A stretch of 64,000 bases of DNA, from contig OZ024741.1 of the NCBI GenBank assembly GCA_964016885.1, positions 264,988,001 through 265,052,000 of the forward strand. Reading direction: 5' to 3'. Shown here one piece after another: positions 44,313-56,417 of this stretch (position 1 is its first letter; each line of letters opens with the position of its first letter). This DNA comes from Eledone cirrhosa. Lineage: Eukaryota. Both the position numbers and the translations under genes were made by a program. Below the pieces are notes generated by a model. It made no database searches. It was not told where the DNA came from and was given only the letters and a program-made list of their open reading frames with translations.

Positions 44313-46320
44313 TAATCGCCATATTACCAACAACCGGAAACTTGCTCTCTCCACCCCAACCCAACCTCTACCGGCACCCCTTATCATCCACCCCACAACC
44401 ACCACCCGCCACCACGCCACCGCCACCACCATCAGTCATAACTCCACACGAAATAGGTTAAACACCATTTCATATTTAGATTGCTACAAATTGATGTCTT
44501 TTCTTCTGCCATATTTAACGAAACCATTTTAAACTTATAAATATCTCCTTAGCTACGACTTCACTAGAATTATCTTTATCTCTCTCTTTCTCTGTCTCTG
44601 TCTGGCTGGCTGGCTGGCTGGATGGCTGGATGGATGGATGGCTGGATGGCTGGCTGGATGGCTGGATGGCTGGCTGGATGGATGGATGGCTGGCTGGATG
44701 GATGGATGGATGGATGGATGGATGGATGGATGGCTGGATGGATGAATGGATGGATGGATGGATGGATGGATGGATGGATGGCTGGATGGATGGATGGATG
44801 GCTGGATGGATGGATGGATGGATGGATGGATGGATGGCTGGATGGCTGGATGGATGGCTGGATGGCTGGCTGGATGGCTGGCTGGCTGGATGGATGGATG
44901 GATGGATGGATGGATGGATGGATGGATGGATGGATGGATGGATGGATGGATGGATGGATGGCTGGATGGATGGATGGATGGCTGGATGGATGGATGGATG
45001 GATGGATGGATGGCTGGATGGCTGGATGGATGGATGGATGGCTGGCTGGATGGCTGGCTGGATGGATGGATGGATGGATGGATGGATGGATGGATGGATG
45101 GATGGCTGGATGGATGGATGGATGGATGGATGGATGGATGGATGGATGGATGGATGGATGGCTGGATGGCTGGATGGATGGATGGATGGATGGCTGGATG
45201 GATGGATGGATGGATGGATGGATGGATGGCTGGATGGATGGATGGATGGCTGGATGGATGGATGGATGGATGGATGGATGGATGGATGGCTGGATGGCTG
45301 GCTGGATGGCTGGCTGGCTGGATGGATGGCTGGATGGCTGGCTGGATGGCTGGCTGGCTGGCTGGATGGATGGATGGATGGATGGATGGATGGATGGATG
45401 GCTGGATGGATGGATGGATGGATGGATGGATGGATGGATGGCTGGATGGATGGATGGATGGATGGATGGATGGCTGGATGGATGGATGGATGGATGGATG
45501 GATGGATGGATGGATGGATGGATGGATGGATGGATGGCTGGCTGGATGGATGGATGGATGGATGGATGGATGGATGGATGGATGGCTGGCTGGATGGATG
45601 GATGGCTGGATGGATGGATGGATGGATGGATGGATGGATGGATGGATGGATGGCTGGATGGATGGATGGCTGGCTGGATGGATGGATGGCTGGATGGATG
45701 GATGGATGGATGGATGGATGGATGGATGGATGGCTGGCTGGATGGATGGATGGCTGGATGGATGGATGGATGGATGGATGGATGGATGGATGGATGGATG
45801 GATGGATGGAAGGATGGATGGATGGATGGATGGATGTCCGTCTGTCTGTCTGAGTGTCATTCTGTCTGGCTGGCTTGCTGGCTGGCTGGCTGGATGGGTG
45901 GATGGGTGGATGGCTGTCTGTCTGTCTGGCTAGCTGACTGGATGGATGGATGGGTAGCTGGCTGGCTGGTCGCTGGCTGGTGGCTGGCTGATTGGCTGTC
46001 TGTCTGTCAGTCAGTCTGCCTGTCTGTTTGACTGTCTGGTTGTCTGTCTGGCTGGCAGCCTGGTTGTCAGTATGTCTGTGTCTGTTCCTCTCTATCTGTC
46101 TCTGTCTGTAACTCTCTCTTTTTTCTCTCCCTCTGTCTCTTCCTCTTCCCCTCTGTCTCTTTCTTGCTCTCTCTCTTTCTCCCCCCTCTCCCTCTCCCTC
46201 TCTCTTTCTCTCTCTCTCTCCATTCATACACACACCTGTCAATCTACTCTGCTAAATATCTGGCCTTCTACCCTGTCTCTGTCAACGAAGTTGTCTCATC
46301 TTTCTGTAAATTTGCACACA

Positions 46321-46376
<56 letters not shown>

Positions 46377-46416
46377 CACACGCACACAAACACACACACA
46401 CACGCACACACACACA

Positions 46417-46494
<78 letters not shown>

Positions 46495-46505
46495 CAAACA
46501 AACAC

Positions 46506-46568
<63 letters not shown>

Positions 46569-46570
46569 CA
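44054..46570. repeat. (GTA)/(GCA)n, about 1.2 kb of (GGAT)/(GGCT)n, and (CA)n microsatellites
   Basis: Visible directly; source of the HPSI and MDGW pseudo-ORFs. Confidence 0.95.
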
Positions 46571-46609
46571 ATTATTATCATTATTATTATTATTATTAAT
46601 ATCACAAGA

Positions 46610-47032
46610 GGGCGGTGGATTGGCAGTAATCGGTAGAGCATCAGACACCATGCTCTGTGACAGACAGTTACGGCCCTTTACGTTCTGAGTTTAAATCTTG
46701 CCGAAGTTAACTGTACCTTTCATCCTTACGGGATCGATAAAATAAAGTACCAGTAATGCACTGGGGTAATTGCTGGCCTTGTGCCAAAAGTAGAAACAAT
46801 TATTATAATAAAGGCGGTGGACTGGCAGCTGAGTCGGTAGAACGTCTGACAATATGTTTTGCGGCATATAGTTACGACCCTTTACGTTCTGAGTTGAAAT
46901 TCTACTTAGCTTAATTTTGCCTTTCATCCTTACAGGGTCGATAAAATAAAGTACCAGTAACATACTGAGTCGATTTAATCGACCCTCCCCACTTCAAACT
47001 GATGGCCTTGTGCCAAAAGTAGAAATCATTAT
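46610..47032 (+). mobile_element. Two tandem family-A SINEs (46610-46800, 46812-47032)
   Basis: Both start GGCGGTGGAYTGGCAG and carry the family core. Confidence 0.88.
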
Positions 47033-47050
47033 TAGTAATTGATGACCTCT

Positions 47051-47380
47051 GTTGGAGTGACCTAATCAAAACTACAGTTGACAGGGGTCAGTGAACAATA
47101 TATGACTTTGGCTGGAGTGACCACATCAAAACTACAGTTGACAGGAGTCAGTGAACAATATATGACCTTGGCTGGAGTGACCACATCAAAACTACCGTTG
47201 ACAGGGGTCAGTGAACAATATATGACCTTGGCTGGAGTGACCACATCAAAACTACAGTTGACAGGGGTCAGTGAACAATATATGACCTTGGCTGGAGTGA
47301 CCACATCACAACTAAGGTTGACAGGGGTCAGTGAACAATATATGACTTTGGCTGGAGTGACCACATCAAAACTAAGGTCC
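47051..47380. repeat. 60-bp minisatellite, about 5.5 copies
   Basis: GGAGTGACCACATCAAAACTACAGTTGACAGGGGTCAGTGAACAATATATGACCTTGGCT. Confidence 0.95.
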
Positions 47381-47970
47381 ACATGGCTCGAAGGACATGC
47401 TCTATATTTAGTGAGAGATACATTTGATGACGTAGTTTAAGATACTGTTAAGAGAACCAATTGATTATAGCTAGAGTGTTGTTAGTCGTGCTCTTTTTTT
47501 CTCAATTAAGATTGACCTAGGGTTAAAGAACCCCAGCAACAACTCACATTTCTTCCATTAATAGTAGAAGTGCAAGGAATTTGATAGAATTCTTCTCTTA
47601 ATCAACTGCCACTATCATCATCATCACCACCACCACCACCACCACTACCACCACTACCACCACCACCACCACCAGTATCACCCCCCACTAACAACACCAC
47701 TACCACCAGTATCACCCCCCCCCCCCCACTAACAACAACACCACCACCACCACCACTCACACCTATTACGTGTTACTATCATCTAAGTCCTATCTTAGAC
47801 TTCTTCACCAAAATCTCCTTTCACTCCAACAACACTCAATGTAGCTTTTATCTTATCTTATGAAGATATTTTCAGGTAAAGCAGAAACCAACGTCTGACT
47901 GATTCGCAAGATTCTGGCAGCAGAGATGCTGACAGTTCGCTGACAGTAGTGTCAAAGTTTAGCTTCTGTC

Positions 47971-48380
47971 TGGCCTAGTGGTAAGGGTGATGAATTTACA
48001 ATCATAATGTCGTGGATTCGATTCCTAGACAGGGTGGTAGATGTCCTAGTGGTAAGGGTCATGAACTTACAATCGTAATATCTTGAGTTCGATTCCTGGA
48101 CTGGGTGGTAGATGGCCTAGTGGTAAGGGTCATGAACTTACAATCGTAATATCTTGAGTTCGATTCCTGGACTGGGTGGTAGATGGCCTAGTGGTAAGGG
48201 TCATGAACTTACGATCGCAATATCATGAGTTCAATTCCTGGACTGGGTTGTGTGTTGTGTTTTGGAACAACACACTTCATATCATGTTGCTTCAGTATGA
48301 AAATACGTACCAGCAATAGCTGGAGATTTAACCCTGCGATGGATTGGTGTCCTGTCCAGGGTGGAGTATTGTACTATCGG
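47971..48380 (+). mobile_element. Family-B SINE with four tandem 71-bp tRNA-like heads
   Basis: A box TGGCCTAGTGG (TGTCCTAGTGG in the second head) at 47971, 48042, 48113 and 48184, each with a B-box motif (GAGTTCGATTCC-like); a single body follows. Confidence 0.85.
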
Positions 48381-48426
48381 TATGATCGGAGGTCATAATC
48401 AGTTGAATCAGGTTTATTTAAAACTA

Positions 48427-48482
48427 CGTTATACATATTTCACTGAGGACTATCAATTAAAATAGCCTGAGCTCATCAGACG
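48427..48482 (-). ncRNA. Type I hammerhead motif with a short stem I
   Basis: Minus strand CGT-CTGATGA-GCTCAGGCTAT..ATAGTCCTCAGT-GAAA-TATGTA-TA^ACG. Confidence 0.6.
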
Positions 48483-48772
48483 GCAAAACCTATACAAACT
48501 CGAAAACAATGACATTCCTCAAAACACATTTAAATATACATACATATACAAACAAACAAACAAAAAACATGTATTTACATAGGTATGGGGTGGGGGTGGA
48601 TCGGGTGTGTACGTGGATCGGGCGTGTACGTGTAATATCAATAGGGCATGGCGTTCAAAGACTATAATCGTTTGTTGTTTTTTTTTTTGTTTTTCTAAAA
48701 TGCAAAACCAAATGCTTGATACATGTGTATTTAAATACACATGTACACCAGCACCTAACCTTTCACGCAATT

Positions 48773-48827
<55 letters not shown>

Positions 48828-48857
48828 CATATGTATGTATATATATATGTATGTATG

Positions 48858-48927
<70 letters not shown>

Positions 48928-48982
48928 CGTATATATATACACAAATATATATATATATATATATATATACATATGTATGTAT

Positions 48983-49121
<139 letters not shown>

Positions 49122-49231
49122 AATATATGTATATATACATACATATATGTATATATATACATACATATAACGTATTCATACATGTATATATATAAATATA
49201 TACATATATACATGTATGAATACGTTATATG

Positions 49232-49345
<114 letters not shown>

Positions 49346-49674
49346 CATATATACATATACCGTATTCATACATTGGGAGGCCAGGCTTGAAGATTTAGAT
49401 ATAATTATTTCATGTGTGTACTTTTGACCTTCTGACATTTAAAGGGATTGCAATGGTGGGTCGTAATTGGGTGCAATGGCGTACTTCTTGACATGCGTGA
49501 TACAAAGTCGGCAGCAGCCATTTAACAACCAACATATAAGAATCACTTCGTAATACTACTACAAACAGATAGTACAGGATTTAGATCTTGGTGGGGGGGG
49601 GGGGGCCTCCCCGGGGCAGTTGAGGTTATGTGGGCCATTCATATAACACACACACACACACACACACAGACATG

Positions 49675-49752
<78 letters not shown>

Positions 49753-49846
49753 TGATGAGGGAGTCATTTTATAACATGTTATCCATGTGCAACCTGCAGT
49801 ATTCTTCTCCCCATTTTTTCATATATATGTATATATATATATATAC

Positions 49847-49919
<73 letters not shown>

Positions 49920-49945
49920 CATAAATATATATATATATATACATA

Positions 49946-52900
49946 TACACCTACATATGTATACGTGTGTGTATTCATATACATACTAGTATTTCAGTAT
50001 ACATATATGGATGTACATCTTTAACTTAATTGTTTAAGCGTCAGTCATACAAAAGTGAGTTACAAACGAAACGAAATTTAATTTCGTTTCGTTATTTGTT
50101 TTTATCGTCTCCGTTGAACCGGTACTTACTCACACTCTATGCAGATTAGTCTGCCCACTACTAATTTTCATAGAAAAAGCATATAACGATATGTGCTTTT
50201 ACGATTCTCTAGAGAGGCCGGAAGATAGGTAAATATTGCTGATGAGTTGTAACAACAACGAAACTAGTTCAATATTCCTTGTCTGGCTTTCTGGAGAATA
50301 GAGGAGAGGTGTTTCCTCAAAAACCAGTATGACTCTAAAAACCGGTTTGTCTGTGTGTTTACATACAGAATAGCTGGCCACTCACAGTAAAGTGACCAGT
50401 GAAAAAACTTGGTACACCTACATATGTATACGTGTGTGTATTCATATACATACTAGTATTTCAGTATACATATATGGATGTACATCTTTAACTTAATTGT
50501 TTAAGCGTCAGTCATACAAAAGTGAGTTACAAACGAAACGAAATTTAATTTCGTTTCGTTATTTGTTTTTATCGTCTCCGTTGAACCGGTACTTACTCAC
50601 ACTCTATGCAGATTAGTCTGCCCACTACTAATTTTCATAGAAAAAGCATATAACTATATGTGCTTTTACGATTCTCTAGAGAGGCCGGAAGATAGGTAAA
50701 TATTGCTGATGAGTTGTAACAACAACGAAACTAGTTCAATATTCCTTGTCTGGCTTTCTGGAGAATAGAGGAGAGGTGTTTCCTCAAAAACCAGTATGAC
50801 TCTAAAAACCGGTTTGTCTGTGTGTTTACATACAGAATAGCTGGCCACTCACAGTAAAGTGACCAGTGAAAAAACTTGGTACACCTACATATGTATACGT
50901 GTGTGTATTCATATACATACTAGTATTTCAGTATACATATATGGATGTACATCTTTAACTTAATTGTTTAAGCGTCAGTCATACAAAAGTGAGTTACAAA
51001 CGAAACGAAATTTAATTTCGTTTCGTTATTTGTTTTTATCGTCTCCGTTGAACCGGTACTTACTCACACTCTATGCAGATTAGTCTGCCCACTACTAATT
51101 TTCATAGAAAAAGCATATAACGATATGTGCTTTTACGATTCTCTAGAGAGGCCGGAAGATAGGTAAATATTGCTGATGAGTTGTAACAACAACGAAACTA
51201 GTTCAATATTCCTTGTCTGGCTTTCTGGAGAATAGAGGAGAGGTGTTTCCTCAAAAACCAGTATGACTCTAAAAACCGGTTTGTCTGTGTGTTTACATAC
51301 AGAATAGCTGGCCACTCACAGTAAAGTGACCAGTGAAAAAACTTGGTACACCTACATATGTATACGTGTGTGTATTCATATACATACTAGTATTTCAGTA
51401 TACATATATGGATGTACATCTTTAACTTAATTGTTTAAGCGTCAGTCATACAAAAGTGAGTTACAAACGAAACGAAATTTAATTTCGTTTCGTTATTTGT
51501 TTTTATCGTCTCCGTTGAACCGGTACTTACTCACACTCTATGCAGATTAGTCTGCCCACTACTAATTTTCATAGAAAAAGCATATAACGATATGTGCTTT
51601 TACGATTCTCTAGAGAGGCCGGAAGATAGGTAAATATTGCTGATGAGTTGTAACAACAACGAAACTAGTTCAATATTCCTTGTCTGGCTTTCTGGAGAAT
51701 AGAGGAGAGGTGTTTCCTCAAAAACCAGTATGACTCTAAAAACCGGTTTGTCTGTGTGTTTACATACAGAATAGCTGGCCACTCACAGTAAAGTGACCAG
51801 TGAAAAAACTTGGTACACCTACATATGTATACGTGTGTGTATTCATATACATACTAGTATTTCAGTATACATATATGGATGTACATCTTTAACTTAATTG
51901 TTTAAGCGTCAGTCATACAAAAGTGAGTTACAAACGAAACGAAATTTAATTTCGTTTCGTTATTTGTTTTTATCGTCTCCGTTGAACCGGTACTTACTCA
52001 CACTCTATGCAGATTAGTCTGCCCACTACTAATTTTCATAGAAAAAGCATATAACGATATGTGCTTTTACGATTCTCTAGAGAGGCCGGAAGATAGGTAA
52101 ATATTGCTGATGAGTTGTAACAACAACGAAACTAGTTCAATATTCCTTGTCTGGCTTTCTGGAGAATAGAGGAGAGGTGTTTCCTCAAAAACCAGTATGA
52201 CTCTAAAAACCGGTTTGTCTGTGTGTTTACATACAGAATAGCTGGCCACTCACAGTAAAGTGACCAGTGAAAAAACTTGGTACACCTACATATGTATACG
52301 TGTGTGTATTCATATACATACTAGTATTTCAGTATACATATATGGATGTACATCTTTAACTTAATTGTTTAAGCGTCAGTCATACAAAAGTGAGTTACAA
52401 ACGAAACGAAATTTAATTTCGTTTCGTTATTTGTTTTTATCGTCTCCGTTGAACCGGTACTTACTCACACTCTATGCAGATTAGTCTGCCCACTACTAAT
52501 TTTCATAGAAAAAGCATATAACTATATGTGCTTTTACGATTCTCTAGAGAGGCCGGAAGATAGGTAAATATTGCTGATGAGTTGTAACAACAACGAAACT
52601 AGTTCAATATTCCTTGTCTGGCTTTCTGGAGAATAGAGGAGAGGTGTTTCCTCAAAAACCAGTATGACTCTAAAAACCGGTTTGTCTGTGTGTTTACATA
52701 CAGAATAGCTGGCCACTCACAGTAAAGTGACCAGTGAAAAAACTTGGTACACCTACATATGTATACGTGTGTGTATTCATATACATACTAGTATTTCAGT
52801 ATACATATATGGATGTACATCTTTAACTTAATTGTTTAAGCGTCAGTCATACAAAAGTGAGTTACAAACGAAACGAAATTTAATTTCGTTTCGTTATTTG

Positions 52901-54301
52901 TTTTTATCGTCTCCGTTGAACCGGTACTTACTCACACTCTATGCAGATTAGTCTGCCCACTACTAATTTTCATAGAAAAAGCATATAACGATATGTGCTT
53001 TTACGATTCTCTAGAGAGGCCGGAAGATAGGTAAATATTGCTGATGAGTTGTAACAACAACGAAACTAGTTCAATATTCCTTGTCTGGCTTTCTGGAGAA
53101 TAGAGGAGAGGTGTTTCCTCAAAAACCAGTATGACTCTAAAAACCGGTTTGTCTGTGTGTTTACATACAGAATAGCTGGCCACTCACAGTAAAGTGACCA
53201 GTGAAAAAACTTGGTACACCTACATATGTATACGTGTGTGTATTCATATACATACTAGTATTTCAGTATACATATATGGATGTACATCTTTAACTTAATT
53301 GTTTAAGCGTCAGTCATACAAAAGTGAGTTACAAACGAAACGAAATTTAATTTCGTTTCGTTATTTGTTTTTATCGTCTCCGTTGAACCGGTACTTACTC
53401 ACACTCTATGCAGATTAGTCTGCCCACTACTAATTTTCATAGAAAAAGCATATAACGATATGTGCTTTTACGATTCTCTAGAGAGGCCGGAAGATAGGTA
53501 AATATTGCTGATGAGTTGTAACAACAACGAAACTAGTTCAATATTCCTTGTCTGGCTTTCTGGAGAATAGAGGAGAGGTGTTTCCTCAAAAACCAGTATG
53601 ACTCTAAAAACCGGTTTGTCTGTGTGTTTACATACAGAATAGCTGGCCACTCACAGTAAAGTGACCAGTGAAAAAACTTGGTACACCTACATATGTATAC
53701 GTGTGTGTATTCATATACATACTAGTATTTCAGTATACATATATGGATGTACATCTTTAACTTAATTGTTTAAGCGTCAGTCATACAAAAGTGAGTTACA
53801 AACGAAACGAAATTTAATTTCGTTTCGTTATTTGTTTTTATCGTCTCCGTTGAACCGGTACTTACTCACACTCTATGCAGATTAGTCTGCCCACTACTAA
53901 TTTTCATAGAAAAAGCATATAACGATATGTGCTTTTACGATTCTCTAGAGAGGCCGGAAGATAGGTAAATATTGCTGATGAGTTGTAACAACAACGAAAC
54001 TAGTTCAATATTCCTTGTCTGGCTTTCTGGAGAATAGAGGAGAGGTGTTTCCTCAAAAACCAGTATGACTCTAAAAACCGGTTTGTCTGTGTGTTTACAT
54101 ACAGAATAGCTGGCCACTCACAGTAAAGTGACCAGTGAAAAAACTTGGTACACCTACATATGTATACGTGTGTGTATTCATATACATACTAGTATTTCAG
54201 TATACATATATGGATGTACATCTTTAACTTAATTGTTTAAGCGTCAGTCATACAAAAGTGAGTTACAAACGAAACGAAATTTAATTTCGTTTCGTTATTT
54301 G

Positions 54302-54303
<2 letters not shown>
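49946..54303 (+). repeat. 467-bp tandem satellite, about 9.3 near-identical units, each complete unit with a hammerhead ribozyme (retrozyme-like)
   Basis: Identical 60-aa ORFs every 467 bp in the ORF track; the only difference I found by eye is a G/T in units 2 and 6; (TA)n on both sides. Confidence 0.97.
50232..50276 (+). ncRNA. Minimal type I hammerhead ribozyme, first of nine (starts at 50232, 50699, 51166, 51633, 52100, 52567, 53034, 53501, 53968)
   Basis: AATATTG-CTGATGA-GTTGT-AACA-ACAAC-GAAA-CTAG-TT^CAATATT: canonical core, 5-bp stem II, palindromic stem III ACTAGT, 7-bp stem I extendable over about 50203-50299. Confidence 0.9.
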
Positions 54304-54391
<88 letters not shown>

Positions 54392-54452
54392 CATATATAT
54401 ATATATATATATATACATACATATATATATAAATATATATATATATACATAC

Positions 54453-54519
<67 letters not shown>

Positions 54520-54619
54520 TGCGTGTGTGTGTGTAAAAGGTAAACAGAAATAACAACACAATCGGTACAGTATATGAAAGGAATATATTAGGTTAACGCT
54601 TGAAATTACAGGAAGAGGG

Positions 54620-54655
54620 TCTTAACGTTTCGGACGCTAGTCCTTCACCAGAAGA
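54620..54655 (-). ncRNA. Decayed minimal hammerhead (A6G); relatives at 37312-37347 (+), about 61050-61090 (-), about 7185-7218 (+) and about 4625-4662 (+)
   Basis: Minus strand TCTT-CTGGTGA-A-GGAC-TAGC-GTCC-GAAACG-TT^AAGA. Confidence 0.6.
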
Positions 54656-54740
54656 AAGAATGAGAAATAAACTAAATTGAATTGAAGGGACGGGCGGGTT
54701 GGAATTATAAAAAATTTCTTTAGATAAAAATAACAGGTCC

Positions 54741-54866
<126 letters not shown>

Positions 54867-55083
54867 GTGTGTGTGTGTGTGTGTGTGTAATAGTTAAAGT
54901 AAACAGATTGAAACACATGATCTGTATATGAAGAAAACATTCACCAAACTATCGTTAATAGCTTCTAGTATCCACATGTTTAATTCTAATACCATACGCA
55001 GTTTTCATGACTATTTTGGTTCAACTGAGGCCTGACTACATATACACACACACACACACACATCCACACTCAAACTCACACAC

Positions 55084-55133
<50 letters not shown>

Positions 55134-55135
<2 letters not shown>

Positions 55136-55377
55136 GACAGAGGAGACTGAGGTTAGCTGGACATGCTCACCGTCATCCAGTGTTGACACTGCACTCAGTG
55201 CTCATTTGGGAGCCCTTGCATGGACACACTGGAAGAGGGAGACCGAGGTTAACGTATGTTGATGCCCTAAAGACAGACACTGGTCTGTTGGAGACACAGG
55301 ACATGGCAGTGATAATGAGGGACAGAGACCGCTGGAGAGAGTTCGTCCATGGATCTCGGGAATTTTACCTGCCCTAG
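55134..55377 (+). mobile_element. RTE or RTE-X type LINE 3' fragment between (CA)n and (TA)n
   Basis: [50 protein letters not shown]. Confidence 0.85.
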
Positions 55378-55399
55378 ATATATATTTATGTATATATAC

Positions 55400-55504
<105 letters not shown>

Positions 55505-55526
55505 TATATATATATATATATATATA

Positions 55527-55574
<48 letters not shown>

Positions 55575-55594
55575 TATATATATATATATATATA

Positions 55595-55652
<58 letters not shown>

Positions 55653-55678
55653 CATACATATATATTTATATATATATA

Positions 55679-55747
<69 letters not shown>

Positions 55748-56417
55748 ATGTATGTATGTATATATATATTATAAAGAGTCGAGACCCGACGGCTGACCTC
55801 TTTATAATATCACCATACTCTACTACCCCAAGTATCGAGTACTCTGTTGAGTAGTGGTCTAACCTGTTTCAAACCGATTCCGTCCTGATTTATATATATA
55901 TATATATTTACATTTATATTTATATTTATATTTATATTTTTATACACACACACACATGCTCAAAGGAGAAGAGATCCTGAGCTCTTTATTAATAATACAG
56001 GGTAACACCACCAGTGTATGGAATCTATAACCTATGAAAGGCAGACTATAGACACGATAATTAAAAATATAAATTAAAGCGTAAATAAATACCTCTATAA
56101 CTATATAAACATGGCGTGCTGCGTGGTTGCAATATATATGCTGATAGAATAACCATGTTGCTTGTGTTTCTTTCCATTTTCGGTTAGCTTTCCCCTGTGT
56201 TGTTTACTTGTCTCACTCGCTTTACGCGTTTCAATTGTCCTAATAACTTATTTTAGTTATTTTCGCACCAACGTGAGGTATATGATTTTTAATGCGATGA
56301 AATACCAATGATCGTTGGCAAATCACTGATGAGGGACTCATTTTATAACATGTTATCCATGTGCAACCATGCAGTATTCTTCTCCCCATATTTTTTATAT
56401 ATATATATATATATATA

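Noticed and set aside
44515-46242. MDGW and HPSI ORFs superficially like Met/Trp-rich structural proteins such as reflectins
   Set aside because: Pure (GGAT)/(GGCT)n; no reflectin motif.
47078-47440. 120-aa ORF of 20-aa repeats
   Set aside because: In-frame 60-bp minisatellite, also open on the opposite strand; no splice or homology support.
47971-48255. tRNA gene cluster
   Set aside because: A and B boxes are present but there is no good acceptor stem, and the last head runs into a SINE body.
49385-49445. Minus-strand GAAATAATTATA with a palindromic stem III-like segment
   Set aside because: No matching CTGANGA with a complementary stem I could be found.
50199-54117. Nine identical 60-aa minus-strand ORFs as a tandem gene family
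   Set aside because: Non-ATG start, no recognisable motif, antisense to the hammerhead; the RNA structure explains the unit better.
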